Part shown: one piece after another, positions 19,208 through 29,753 of the stretch
How the letters are laid out: every line of letters starts with the position of its first letter
Position numbering within the stretch: the stretch's first letter is position 1
Assembly (NCBI GenBank): GCA_964354855.1
Contig: CAYHBO010000005.1
Span: 1,514-61,128 of the forward strand
From: an uncultured Pseudomonadota bacterium
Lineage (GTDB): Bacteria; Babelota; Babeliae; Babelales; RVW-14
Length of the DNA stretch: 59,615 bases
Direction of reading: 5' to 3'
Notes under the pieces: generated by a model
The model's database searches: none
Told to the model about the DNA's origin: nothing
What the model saw: only the letters and a program-made list of their open reading frames with translations
Translations under genes and position numbers: made by a program

Positions 19208-19861
19208 TTAAGCGTCTTCTTCAGTATCAATGATTTCTACTGTTCTAAACTGCTGGCTTAAAGCTCGCTTAAGGTCTTTTTGGTCTGCCTGTACGTAAAT
19301 TGTTTTAAGTTTTTCAGGATTACTGAAGTTTATGGTGAGTAAGTTTGTACATTCATAGACATTAAGTTTTTCTATTGGGGCATTAAGTTCAAGCACGCGG
19401 AGATTTATGCAATTTGGAGCATATATTGTCGATATCTTTTCATGACTTATTCTGATAAAAGTCTCTTGCCGATTAGCGATACTTAGATAGTTAAGGTTGG
19501 GATTAAGTGCAATTTCTCCTTTGATGGGGGTCCATGTTAGATCAGGGTCTGCTTCGTATGAAATGACAGATGTCTTTGTTAAAGATCCTGGGCTTAGTGG
19601 TGTAATACGCTGAAGACGAGGATGGTACATTAGCTGTTTATAATCAAGTGGCGGGACTTGACTTGTAGGAATAGTAGGACTTGTTTGTGTTGCTTGAGTT
19701 ATTTCTATTTTTTGTTTTTTTAATGGGCGATGGTACAACGTTATTGCAGTACCAATAATTATTAATTGAGGGTATTTTGCTTGCATTGCAGTACAAGAGC
19801 TGTTGATCGTTAGTAGATGGACGCAGAAGAAAAGTTTAAAGAATAATGTTTTGTTACACAT
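19208..19861 (-). CDS. Secreted degenerate LRR protein
   Basis: Signal peptide ..CTA-MQ; IYAPNCINLRVL, LNVYECTNLLTI. Confidence 0.6.
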   Translation of the reverse strand: MCNKTLFFKLFFCVHLLTINSSCTAMQAKYPQLIIIGTAITLYHRPLKKQKIEITQATQTSPTIPTSQVPPLDYKQLMYHPRLQRITPLSPGSLTKTSVISYEADPDLTWTPIKGEIALNPNLNYLSIANRQETFIRISHEKISTIYAPNCINLRVLELNAPIEKLNVYECTNLLTINFSNPEKLKTIYVQADQKDLKRALSQQFRTVEIIDTEEDA

Positions 19862-19954
19862 GGAATATCCCCCCACTATAGACCCCGCATTACATAATTC
19901 ATATTGAAATAATACTTAGGATTATTTATTTTGAAAAGCTTCTGTTAAAGTTTA

Positions 19955-20008
19955 TTAAAAAAGCGTAGCCGTAATCAATTTTATATGATAACGGCTACGC
20001 TTTTTTAA
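19955..20008. terminator. Bidirectional-type intrinsic terminator
   Basis: TTAAAAAAGCGTAGCCGT / ACGGCTACGCTTTTTTAA, 18-bp perfect arms. Confidence 0.8.
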
Positions 20009-20030
20009 AATCTAAAGGTGTTTTTTATTC

Positions 20031-21440
20031 TTAGATTCTAAGATCGGTGGTATCTACTTGCGTTGTATCGCCTAAATCTTCTCTTAGTTGATTAATTAAT
20101 GTTTCTTTACAACCACGAGCATAAATGATTTTAGGTGTAGTATACACATCAAATGTTACGTTCTCTAAAAAATGACATTCGGAGATATTCAGCGTTTCTA
20201 GCCTCTCTGCATTGATGGTTAATGTACGTAAGTTATTACAACAGAAGACATCTAGGTCCATAACGTTTGCATGGGTAAATTCTATTGATTGATCTTCACT
20301 GTCAGCGATGGACACTGTTCTTAATAACATGTTATTTTCTACTAATTTTTTGAAATCGCTCCAGAATTTTCCTTGAGAAACAAAAAATGTTTTTTCTTCA
20401 GTGGCTTGGTTTAGATACCTTTGTGCTAGTTTCTCGCTAGCGGATTTACTAACTTCGTCGAACTCGGGAGATTTTTTGGCTCCCCAAATCCGTATTCGGT
20501 TGTGATGAGTCTTATAGTTTTGATTTGACTGATACTTCTTAATGAGCTCCAGAAATTCCAGTTCGTCTACGGTCGGTGGGAGTTCGATGACAAGAGAAGA
20601 GCTTTGGTTGTGTTGGGATAATAAAACTTCTAATCCATCCATGTCTACTCGATAACATCCATCAAGGTAGATTTCCTCAATATATCGAGAGGTCCTTCCG
20701 AGGGTCATAAGAGCTTCATTTTGAAGTATGTTACAATCAGTTAAATTAACCATGACAAGAATTTGAGCTTCAATGTCTAAGCTCTCTAAATTTATGCACC
20801 CAGCAAGGTTGAGTTTTATGAGTTTTGGTGCATGTATGATAAGTCTTGTTAAACTCTCACTGGTTATGTTGATTTCTCTTACTTCTTCATTCGAGATTTC
20901 GATTTCTTCGAGTATATCATTTCTAATATTTATACATTGAACAGGAGGGGTGTGTGGTGATTCAGGAGACAATGTTACGGGAAATTCAAGGCCTTTATTT
21001 TGCACCTCAAATCTTATTCTACTTTTATTACTTCCACTTGCATTTTTCTTTAAACAGCTATTTAGAGATCCTACGCAAGAAGCAGAAGCGCTGTAACTTG
21101 ATAATCCAAGGGAATCTTCTAATTCATATACTGGTTTGGATATCCATGGAATACCGGTGGCGTATAATGAGCTAGGATTAAGGTCGTCATTAAAACTTGA
21201 CGATGCCGGTGATGGCTTTGGTGGTGATGGTTTTAAAACTTCTGATCCGAGTTTACATGGTGGATATGGCGTGCGAAGTTTTTGTAATGCCCTTAGTGAT
21301 GTTGCTGAAGTCAATCGAGTAAATGGTTTTTGTTCAGGACCACTTTGAGGTTGTTGAGGATGCATAGCAATGACCACGCTTCCTGTGGACAATAAACTTA
21401 CAACGAATACTATTTTTTTTACTATGTTTTTGTTAGTCAT
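20031..21440 (-). CDS. Secreted Cys-containing LRR protein
   Basis: Signal ..VIA-MH; S/P-rich linker; LNLAGCINLESL, VNLTDCNIL, IYLDGCYRV, LNISECHFL. Confidence 0.7.
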   Translation of the reverse strand: MTNKNIVKKIVFVVSLLSTGSVVIAMHPQQPQSGPEQKPFTRLTSATSLRALQKLRTPYPPCKLGSEVLKPSPPKPSPASSSFNDDLNPSSLYATGIPWISKPVYELEDSLGLSSYSASASCVGSLNSCLKKNASGSNKSRIRFEVQNKGLEFPVTLSPESPHTPPVQCINIRNDILEEIEISNEEVREINITSESLTRLIIHAPKLIKLNLAGCINLESLDIEAQILVMVNLTDCNILQNEALMTLGRTSRYIEEIYLDGCYRVDMDGLEVLLSQHNQSSSLVIELPPTVDELEFLELIKKYQSNQNYKTHHNRIRIWGAKKSPEFDEVSKSASEKLAQRYLNQATEEKTFFVSQGKFWSDFKKLVENNMLLRTVSIADSEDQSIEFTHANVMDLDVFCCNNLRTLTINAERLETLNISECHFLENVTFDVYTTPKIIYARGCKETLINQLREDLGDTTQVDTTDLRI

Positions 21441-21469
21441 GATTATTCCTCTGTTTATAGCGTTTAGTG

Positions 21470-22123
21470 TTATGAAATAATAGTCATTCCTGCTGTGGCG
21501 AATGTGATTATATTTTCGTGTATTTCATCAGAGAGTCCAGATAAGTCATAAGTTTTTGAAGCTGTTGAATGGTGTGTTTCTCGAATAATGTCAGCAACGT
21601 TATTCCATGAAAGTTGTGTACATCCTGCCAGTGAAACGAATTTAAATGGATGGTTTTGCTTCACTATTTTTTTTATTTCGGTCCATGATGCAAGACTGGT
21701 GCAATTACTGATATCAAGATGTACTAAGCATGGAAATGTTTCCTTTATAAAACCAAATTGGTTGAGGCTGCTACATCCTGAAAAATCTAAAAAGGCTAGG
21801 TTTGGTGTAATAATAGTAACTTCTTGAAGCTTAATACTGTTTGCAAAGCTGATGTGTGTTGCATGTGGGGCATTGAGTGTTATTTTAGAGAGGTTAGTAT
21901 CGTTAATGCTTATTCTAGGTTCATCTGAGTTGATGATGAGATCCTTAGGGGTACTTGAATCTGATACACAGGTTGGTGAAGCTTCTGTTGTTGAAGAAGG
22001 AGAATTAAGACCATTTCCACATGGATCAACGAATGTGACGCGTGGTTTCATAGCGATGACTGTGGTTCCTGTAGTTAATAAACTTACAATAAATAACATA
22101 TTTAATAATTTGTGATTAATCAT
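21470..22123 (-). CDS. Secreted Cys-containing LRR protein
   Basis: Signal ..VIA-MK; LDFSGCSSL, LDISNCTSL, VSLAGCTQL. Confidence 0.7.
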   Translation of the reverse strand: MINHKLLNMLFIVSLLTTGTTVIAMKPRVTFVDPCGNGLNSPSSTTEASPTCVSDSSTPKDLIINSDEPRISINDTNLSKITLNAPHATHISFANSIKLQEVTIITPNLAFLDFSGCSSLNQFGFIKETFPCLVHLDISNCTSLASWTEIKKIVKQNHPFKFVSLAGCTQLSWNNVADIIRETHHSTASKTYDLSGLSDEIHENIITFATAGMTIIS

Positions 22124-22382
22124 GATTGATTCCTTTTTTATTAAGCTTGGTTAAGAAGATATAACGCTCCATTTATTTTTAAATAAATATCCATTTAAGT
22201 ATTTATTTAATTACATATTTATTTTTTATTACTAACAATAATATTATATTAAATTGCTAGCTTGTCAATCGGACGAGAATTATACAGGTTTTTACGCAAA
22301 AGCAATATATTTATTATATGTTTTTATGTTCTTCTGTTTGAATACAATTTTTAACTAAAAAGCCACATTTTACATTGAAAAA

Positions 22383-23252
22383 TCAAACAAATTTAGCGAA
22401 AATATCGGTTATTTGTTCAAAGATGGATTGATTTATGCCATCTTCAAGCGCCCAGGTCCAAGCGAGGACCGCTTGAACAAAACACCACTGGGTTATACGG
22501 GTGGGGTCTAGGCTTAATGTTGAGGCGAATAGGTTTATGCGATTTTGAATTATTTCTGTGACGTCTTGCTCTGAAAGTAATGCTTGTATAGGATTACGGA
22601 TAAATGCTCCAACCTCATAAGCAGGATCACCCACAACTCCTTTAGGATCAATTGCTACCCATTTGGTTCCATGCTGTAAAATGTTGTCATGGTGCAGGTC
22701 TCCATGTAGGAGTACTGGACTAGGTGATGTTGCGATAAGATGCTTAGCAAATTCTAATGCTTTTTGACGATAACTGTTTGGGATATTGCTTTCTTGATCG
22801 AGAGTTTTAAGCCAGTCCTGTAGTGTTGGTAGCTTGATAGCTGTAGGAATTTCATCTTGATGAAGCCTGGTGATAATTGTACAGGCTATGATGATTGCTT
22901 CTTGTTCTTGTGTTGGGAAATAGTCGCTTAATGGCATTCCCGGAATGGCTTTGGTAAGTAAGATTGCCCCACGGCTCTCTGCGAGTAGTGCTATGGTGCC
23001 GAGACCTGCATAGGCGCGTAGCATGGACGCTTCTTGTTTAATGCCATCAAGATCAAGACTGATTTTTAAGATAATTTCTTGAGTCCCCTGTTTTCCTGCT
23101 AGAACATAATTGTAAGAAAGATTTTGCATGGGCTTAAGGTCATACAGGTTCCATTGGTCAGCAAGCTTTGTAACGGTGTTAGATAGATTTGCAAGCCACG
23201 CTTTGCCGACGGTGCCGTGTTGATTAATGATGGTTTTTTGAAAGTTGTTCAT
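22383..23252 (-). CDS. Aminoglycoside/hydroxyurea resistance kinase (APH(6)/StrB-like)
   Basis: LLHGDLHHDNIL, WVAIDPKG, GDPAYE. Confidence 0.8.
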   Translation of the reverse strand: MNNFQKTIINQHGTVGKAWLANLSNTVTKLADQWNLYDLKPMQNLSYNYVLAGKQGTQEIILKISLDLDGIKQEASMLRAYAGLGTIALLAESRGAILLTKAIPGMPLSDYFPTQEQEAIIIACTIITRLHQDEIPTAIKLPTLQDWLKTLDQESNIPNSYRQKALEFAKHLIATSPSPVLLHGDLHHDNILQHGTKWVAIDPKGVVGDPAYEVGAFIRNPIQALLSEQDVTEIIQNRINLFASTLSLDPTRITQWCFVQAVLAWTWALEDGINQSIFEQITDIFAKFV

Positions 23253-24571
23253 GGGATATCGATTCTTTGTGCTTGGTGTTTAAGAAGTAAGCCAAGTGTA
23301 ATTTCTCCTAGTCCAAGGATGATGATTTGTCCGTAGAGAACCATGTGCCATAGAAGATCAGGTATCCAGGCATTATTCAAACAACATATAGTAGCAAGTC
23401 CAATGGCAATATAGCTTATGCCAAAGAAGAATATAATTGGAGGGCTATAAATTCCTCCTGGGAGACGGTTTGTGCCAAAAAATATTAAGAGCAGACTAAT
23501 TGCAGGTCCAATGTTGTTGGTCATTAGTAGAGGTAATATTAAAAAAACTGGATTGAAAAATGGTGCTGTAAATCGTGATAAATTAAAAAAATTGTTGATA
23601 GTTGTTGAATCGTAGTCATTGGGAATAGAGTATTTTTTTATAGCCCAGAGAATGTAGTTGTATACGAGGGCGAATATAATGTAAAAGTTATAAACAATAG
23701 CAAATTTCCAATACCACTTGGCGAATAGGCTGCCATGTAGCCAAGAGAATACATGCATGAGTATTGGGAATAAGAGTAAAATAGTTAAACCCATCGAAAT
23801 GGTATTTTGCCATAATATTATGAAAATTTTTTGAAAAATATTTTGTATTTTTATCGTTCTTTCTAGGTCTATAGGTGGATATTCGGGTTTTTGTTTTTGA
23901 ATTAGATAACCAGTAATGATAGTAGCAATGCCTAAAATAAGTAATAAAATATAGGCAATAATTTGGGCTTCCTCATATGAAGCAATTAGTTGGTGTATGT
24001 TGTATTTGCCATTTTGAGGTTGAAATAGTAAGTGAATATAAAAAATAAAACTCATACTTAACCAAAAATAGAAATAAGCCAATATGATAAGTGATTTACT
24101 TGTCCAACGGCTTATAATGGCGAGAAATCGACTAATAAAAAAACATACGATTGGAATAGCAAGAAGAGTTTCTGAATTTAATACCAATATTATTGCGGTA
24201 GCAAGAGGGATGATTGCAACCCTCAATTCATAGTTAAGGCTTAGGTTACAAAGAATTTTTTGGGCAATTTTTTCTCGTTTTCCAAAGATGTTGACGATGC
24301 TATAAAAAAATAAAGGATAGAAGAGCGCACGTAAAAATATAGGTAACAAAAATTCTAAAGTATATATTTGGTCTAGAGTTAAAAAAGTAGTCCATGACCA
24401 TACAAAAAACTCAAAAAAAGCTTTAGAAGTCTGTGGAAATAAAAAAAATTCAAAAAAAGCGGTTAAGATAAGCGCTACTCCTAGAGCCATGATGCGTTTT
24501 CCTGGCATCATAATGCGCGTTTCTTCTCGTGCGAATTGATGAAATTCTTGGATTTGTTCTTGTGTGATCAT
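23249..24571 (-). CDS. Multi-pass membrane protein, apparent internal duplication
   Basis: About 12 TM helices; MMPGKRIMALG and IIPLATAIIL match 25758-26363. Confidence 0.6.
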   Translation of the reverse strand: MITQEQIQEFHQFAREETRIMMPGKRIMALGVALILTAFFEFFLFPQTSKAFFEFFVWSWTTFLTLDQIYTLEFLLPIFLRALFYPLFFYSIVNIFGKREKIAQKILCNLSLNYELRVAIIPLATAIILVLNSETLLAIPIVCFFISRFLAIISRWTSKSLIILAYFYFWLSMSFIFYIHLLFQPQNGKYNIHQLIASYEEAQIIAYILLLILGIATIITGYLIQKQKPEYPPIDLERTIKIQNIFQKIFIILWQNTISMGLTILLLFPILMHVFSWLHGSLFAKWYWKFAIVYNFYIIFALVYNYILWAIKKYSIPNDYDSTTINNFFNLSRFTAPFFNPVFLILPLLMTNNIGPAISLLLIFFGTNRLPGGIYSPPIIFFFGISYIAIGLATICCLNNAWIPDLLWHMVLYGQIIILGLGEITLGLLLKHQAQRIDIP

Positions 24572-25314
24572 AGAGTTCTCTCTATAGGTTGTAGGGTTGC
24601 GGCAATATTCTGAAGTGCCTGTTGTTCTTCTGGGTTGTATGTGTAGGTTGCAGAATGATCGATATGAGCTTCATGCAGTTTAAATCCTAGGCGTTCATAT
24701 TCTGTTGTTTCTCTAGAGTTTAATGTGATAATGAGTGAACTAGGTTGTTGTGTTGCTGTAAAGAGTGTTGCTGTTAAGAGATTTTCTATCCCTTTATTTT
24801 TGACGAATCTTTTGGTTATGAGGTCGCAAATTGTTACGGTTCCAGTTTCTTGTTCTTCTTTAATCGTCATCCAACCGATTAACCCCTGATCTTCTTCTCT
24901 GGCTGGATAATGTGCGGTAATAAGATAAAACTTTTTTGTTTTGCTCATATTGTTAAGGTCTTCAATGTACATCTTCAATTCTGTTTTATGGCGGAAATCT
25001 TTTGATGATAGATCCATGAAAATAGCTCCCCAGGTGAATGGGTATAGCATAAGCCATGGAGATGAGCAAAGTATGTCTGGGTCGAAGAATGAAGACATTT
25101 TATCAGCGTACATGCTTGCTATTGTGTTGCGGGTTTTTTCTTCTAGTGGTTGCTCGCTGGTTATTTGCCTTGCTTCAATAACTATTTGTTGTCCATGAAA
25201 ATTTGTGGCGAACCATTTTCCTGTAGTTAATGTGGGAGAAAACTGGTTATTCATGCTGTGTAGTGAAAAAAAACAACTGACGGTTGTGAGAAAGAGAAAT
25301 GTTCTTAGTATCAT
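24568..25314 (-). CDS. Secreted protein with probable GNAT-like C-terminal fold
   Basis: Signal ..LHS-MN; LIGW..VTICDL..VKNKGI..YERLGFK resembles the acetyl-CoA-binding pattern. Confidence 0.45.
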   Translation of the reverse strand: MILRTFLFLTTVSCFFSLHSMNNQFSPTLTTGKWFATNFHGQQIVIEARQITSEQPLEEKTRNTIASMYADKMSSFFDPDILCSSPWLMLYPFTWGAIFMDLSSKDFRHKTELKMYIEDLNNMSKTKKFYLITAHYPAREEDQGLIGWMTIKEEQETGTVTICDLITKRFVKNKGIENLLTATLFTATQQPSSLIITLNSRETTEYERLGFKLHEAHIDHSATYTYNPEEQQALQNIAATLQPIERTL

Positions 25315-25463
25315 GACGCACCCCTTACGTATGTTAGATTGCCTTGACAGCTACTGACCTGTAAGGAGCTTATAAAATATTTCAAATAAAAATCAAAGAT
25401 CAAGAATCAACCTGTTTAAGGCTGTTGTTTTACTTGGTTTTTAATATGAAGAGAGTAGGGTGT

Positions 25464-25748
25464 TTATTCCAGAGAAATTATTTTTCTAAGTTCAGCCACA
25501 TATTCATTGAATGCCACTTGTCCTTCAGGGGTAATGTGGTAAATGGTCTTTGATTTCCCATCAACGGTGAGTTTTTCAGCGAATACATAACCATTGCCCA
25601 ATAATTCACGCATGTGAGTGGTCATATGACCATCAGACAAATTAAAAAGCTTTTTGACGCCGTTATAATCACAGTTTTCATGTGTTACTAGGTAGGCCAT
25701 GATCTGTGTTCGTATGGGTTGGTGGAGGATACGGTTAAGTTCACTCAT
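25464..25748 (-). CDS. Winged-helix transcriptional regulator (ArsR/MarR_2-like)
   Basis: LHQPIRTQIMAYL, LSDGHMTTHMREL, YHITPEG. Confidence 0.8.
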   Translation of the reverse strand: MSELNRILHQPIRTQIMAYLVTHENCDYNGVKKLFNLSDGHMTTHMRELLGNGYVFAEKLTVDGKSKTIYHITPEGQVAFNEYVAELRKIISLE

Positions 25749-25757
25749 GGCAGCGTC

Positions 25758-26363
25758 CTATGAAAGGTTTGAGCGGTGTTGTGTGGAAAGCACAAGCCCG
25801 GCAATGATGCATCCAATCCCTTGAAATGCCAGAAGTATGAACATGAGGTGTGGAATATTCAAAGTAGAAAGATAGATGCCGCCGATTCCAACGATGATGT
25901 ATACGCATGCCAATATCGTGATTATTGGGGAGGTAAAACGTCCGATGAGAGCCCAATAGCAACCAACCAGGATGGTAACGATAGGCATTACAAGTTCTTT
26001 ATGACCGATCAATGCGAGTATGCCTCCGGTGGCTATCGGTATGATTGGGAAGAAATCATTAAGAGCCCATGCGCGTCGAATAGCCGGGTGGATGGTTTCT
26101 TTAGGTTGTGCGTATTTACTCAGTGAATAAAATGAGGTCCAGTAAAAAATGGTTCGAAGAATAAAAATAATGGGGCTCGTTAAGCCTGCTGCAATGAGTC
26201 GGTGGTCTATGTATAGATGTAACAATGACTCGATGAAGGGGATACAGGTGATGCCAATGCCGATGGCGATGAGAAGTTTGCCGGGGAGCATGACTAAAAA
26301 GCTCTTTTGAATAACTTGGTAAATTTCGTCAATTTTTTCAATGGCGTTATTTTTGTTTGTCAT
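25758..26363 (-). CDS. Six-TM membrane protein paired with the wHTH regulator
   Basis: Hydrophobic profile; immediately upstream of and co-oriented with the regulator. Confidence 0.6.
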   Translation of the reverse strand: MTNKNNAIEKIDEIYQVIQKSFLVMLPGKLLIAIGIGITCIPFIESLLHLYIDHRLIAAGLTSPIIFILRTIFYWTSFYSLSKYAQPKETIHPAIRRAWALNDFFPIIPIATGGILALIGHKELVMPIVTILVGCYWALIGRFTSPIITILACVYIIVGIGGIYLSTLNIPHLMFILLAFQGIGCIIAGLVLSTQHRSNLS

Positions 26364-26601
26364 GAGTGTTTTTCCTAAAAAGATGGTTAAAATGCTTATT
26401 ATCACCTGGCTATTAAAATAATAGAATAAAATTCGATAGGGGTCAAGGGGTGTAAGTTGTTTTGAAGAGATTCCTTTAGTTATCGATAATAATTTCTCAT
26501 TAGAAATAATTCATTGAGTTTTATTTGTTTTTTATCCTAAAATGAAATACAGGTTAAAATAGCAGTGTAAAATTCGCTGGGGGATGTTAGGGATTGAAGC
26601 C

Positions 26602-29598
26602 ATGATAAAAACTTTATCAAAAAAACGTTTGATAATACTTCTGATCATTGGGGTTTTACTGCATGTTGAATGTAAGTCTACCGATGAGTTTAATGATAAG
26701 TTTCAGCCGATTCTGTTGGATATGGCTGAGGTTGTTAATAACATTGATGGACGTGATGATTTAATTGCTAAATTTATTTATGAAGCAAGCATTGCCATCA
26801 ATCATTTACAACGAGATATTTTGGCTCAAGGTATTGATATTGAACTTAAGGCTATGCAAAAAGTTCAGGGAATAAAGCAAAAAATTAGTAATGAGCTTCG
26901 AAAATTGCAGCTTAATACCGATATGATGGCACTGTCCATGCAGGATGCAATTAAGCAAGAATCAATTTGGTTAAGTCATCGTGTGGGGAAAAAAACTTTA
27001 GATATTATTGATAATGTTGAGCGAGTTGTTTTTGCATTGCGTAAAAGTAAACTGTTGGCTCCATGTGTGTCAGAACCGAAAAAATGTGTACTTCGTCCGT
27101 CAATGATTGGTGTTAGTAATAAGCAGTCTTCTGTGGTGCTTCCTGAACAATCGGCAAGTTTGTTGCGACAATGTGCTTATCCGATAGGGGTTGATGTTAG
27201 TCCTCAGCAGTGTTCGAAGATAGTTGCAGATACGGCGTGTTCGAAGATGATCCCTGATAAATCAGTTAGTTTATTGCGTCAGTGTACTTACCCTGCTTCT
27301 GTTATGTTACCACGTAGTGATATTACCGAAGCAATTATTAATAACGGCGAATATGTAAATGCTGCAGGATCAATTGTTCTTGATCAATCAAAGCTGTTTT
27401 GTTCAGCTCCTCTAAAGCGGTCAGTAACTTCTGAATGGAAAAATAAAATTTCACGTGATTTCTATCAGAATGTTTCTTTTTTGCGTGACATTATTGTGTC
27501 AGCTGAGTCGCCACAGGAATCGCGCGATTTTTCAAATCGTTTTGCAGAGCAAAGTTTTTGGTTTGATAATACTTTGAGGTCAACGCATTTTGTATATGAT
27601 CCATCGTATACCTCGATTGTACAAAAATGTTCTCGTTTAGAAGATATTGTTTCAGCGCAAAAGAAGGCTGAAGCATTTTTAATGAAAGCTATAAATCCTT
27701 TAGGGTTATCAAGAATTGAATCGCAGAAAATGAGACTTAGTTTACTTTATAATCTTTATTCTTTACTGCCTGATGGTGTTTCGTTGCCGAACCAATCCTG
27801 GCTACCGGTTGGTTTGACCGAACAAAGAATCAAAGAAGAGGTACAAAAAATAGTCTATTCATTGCAACCGACGCAGGGGGTTTTATGTGAACCTTCGCGT
27901 TATCAAATGATTCCAACCGTGTTATCAGGATTATCTCACTTAGAAATTGAATCGCTTATGAAGCCGGTTGAACCAATTGCTTCAATAGGGCATGAAGCAT
28001 TAGTTGCGTCGGTGAATACTCCGCATGTACCGGTAATTTCTACTAAAGAATTTGAAGATCTTATGCAGCCGGTAGTGGTTACTCCTTCGATATCTTCTGC
28101 GCAAGTTCCGGTACCAGCTGTATCTGAAAATGTATCCTTGAATAAAGAAATTGAATCGCTTTTAAAACCGGTGACATTGAAGGGAGAAGAAGATCTGACT
28201 AAAATAGTTCAGGCTACTCCTGCTGCTGCAATTTCTACTAAAGAATTTGAAGCACTTATGAAACCGGTGGGTGTTCATGAAACGGTTACTCAAAAAGAGA
28301 TAGATGCAAAGCCGGCTGCTTTAGTGATGAAAAGTCCACTTGAAGAAGTAAGAGATTTACTCAGAGATAATCGTCGTTACTTTGAAGAAGTAAAAGAGGT
28401 GACCAAGAAGCGAGAACGTCAAGCCGGAGAATTTTTAAATAAGGCTATTCAAGCTCAGGAAATAGAAAAACTAGAGCTTGAGGTACAGATGAAAAAAACG
28501 AATAACTCTCTTGAAGAAATTCGTATAGCACAACAAGAGTTATTAGGGATTCAGCCGGAAGAGAAAGAAAAACCTGTAGAGAAAGAGAAGCTGGTAGCGA
28601 AAGAGAAGCTGGTAGAGAAAGAGAAAGAAAAACCATTGTTGTTGCATGAATCGGTAGCGGTTATTGATGCTCCTTCTGTCTTAGATCCGGTAGAGAAAAA
28701 GTCGTGCTCGCTTATTAATAATTCGATTGAAAATAAATCTTGTTCTCTTTTGGTTGACCCAAATAATGAGGCTCTTAATCGTGTGCGTTATGAAAAACAG
28801 CTTACAGTTGATCAGTTACAGAAGGAACTTATCAACAAACAAGATCTACAGGTAAAAATTGAAATTCTTAATAAAAAAAATATTGATTTACAAATATTAC
28901 TTAAGTCAGCAGAAGCAGCCACTGATCATGTTAAACAACAAACAATGGATCTTGTAAGACAACGAACACAAGAGGTCAGAGATGAGCTGACAGCGATTAT
29001 GACTGCACGATTACAAGGTCGTGATCATGAAGTTTCCGATCAGATTGCAGTAGTGAAAAAGTACCAAGTACATGTAGAAGCACAAGAAAAGAAAAATCTT
29101 CAGCTTGAATCAGATTTGCGAAGCAATAATCAGCAGGTGATGTCTCTTGAAAAAAGGGTCTTAGATAGTGATCAAAAAGTTAATCAGTTATCAAGTAGTC
29201 TTCAAGGAGTGACCAAAGAGAATACTCACTTAGGAGATATGCTTAAGTCTGTAAATGAAGAAAAAAATTATCTGAGAGGATCATTACAGGTGGTTCAACA
29301 ACAGGCTGATCAATTTAAACAAGAGGCAATAATCAATAAGAATTTGTATGTTGAAGCTGGAGCGAAATCGATATTGATAGAAGAGTCTTCTAAGAAATCT
29401 ATTGATTATCTCGCTCGTGAACGAGCTTTGCTTGCTAAAGAGCGAGATATGATGGCACAACTTCTTGATCGTGAACGTAAAGAAACTGAACAAAAAATTC
29501 TTGCTCTAAAAAATCAACTTACTGAACGATCAACTTTATTTACGCCTCAAAATGCGATATCAGTAAACAATGGGTTGAGAGCTGGGAATGATGCATAG
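26602..29598 (+). CDS. Large secreted repeat/coiled-coil protein, unknown function
   Basis: Signal peptide; internal repeats SLLRQC.YP, (STKEF/KEI)E.LMKPV, EKEKLV; long heptad C-terminus. Confidence 0.65.
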   Translation: MIKTLSKKRLIILLIIGVLLHVECKSTDEFNDKFQPILLDMAEVVNNIDGRDDLIAKFIYEASIAINHLQRDILAQGIDIELKAMQKVQGIKQKISNELRKLQLNTDMMALSMQDAIKQESIWLSHRVGKKTLDIIDNVERVVFALRKSKLLAPCVSEPKKCVLRPSMIGVSNKQSSVVLPEQSASLLRQCAYPIGVDVSPQQCSKIVADTACSKMIPDKSVSLLRQCTYPASVMLPRSDITEAIINNGEYVNAAGSIVLDQSKLFCSAPLKRSVTSEWKNKISRDFYQNVSFLRDIIVSAESPQESRDFSNRFAEQSFWFDNTLRSTHFVYDPSYTSIVQKCSRLEDIVSAQKKAEAFLMKAINPLGLSRIESQKMRLSLLYNLYSLLPDGVSLPNQSWLPVGLTEQRIKEEVQKIVYSLQPTQGVLCEPSRYQMIPTVLSGLSHLEIESLMKPVEPIASIGHEALVASVNTPHVPVISTKEFEDLMQPVVVTPSISSAQVPVPAVSENVSLNKEIESLLKPVTLKGEEDLTKIVQATPAAAISTKEFEALMKPVGVHETVTQKEIDAKPAALVMKSPLEEVRDLLRDNRRYFEEVKEVTKKRERQAGEFLNKAIQAQEIEKLELEVQMKKTNNSLEEIRIAQQELLGIQPEEKEKPVEKEKLVAKEKLVEKEKEKPLLLHESVAVIDAPSVLDPVEKKSCSLINNSIENKSCSLLVDPNNEALNRVRYEKQLTVDQLQKELINKQDLQVKIEILNKKNIDLQILLKSAEAATDHVKQQTMDLVRQRTQEVRDELTAIMTARLQGRDHEVSDQIAVVKKYQVHVEAQEKKNLQLESDLRSNNQQVMSLEKRVLDSDQKVNQLSSSLQGVTKENTHLGDMLKSVNEEKNYLRGSLQVVQQQADQFKQEAIINKNLYVEAGAKSILIEESSKKSIDYLARERALLAKERDMMAQLLDRERKETEQKILALKNQLTERSTLFTPQNAISVNNGLRAGNDA
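28576..28627 (+). repeat. In-frame 18-bp tandem repeat
   Basis: GTAG(A/C)GAAAGAGAAGCTG about 3x, encoding VEKEKL/VAKEKL. Confidence 0.75.
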
Positions 29599-29753
29599 TT
29601 AGTCAATATTTTTTCGTTAGTAATTAATCTACTTATAAATATTATCATTTCTTGCCTAAATGTCTTTTCATAGTATAACCTACCTGTTAAGCAATGTGGT
29701 GAGAGCATGCGTTGAGACTGAACAAGTTAACCCCTTAAGTTGAGGAGAGTAGG

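Noticed and set aside
22124-22382. AT-rich intergenic stretch with a short inverted repeat (22179-22210)
   Set aside because: Such A/T-only palindromes are expected by chance at this composition.
29685-29750. Possible riboswitch in the zinc-ribbon gene leader
   Set aside because: No recognisable aptamer motif or convincing stem.
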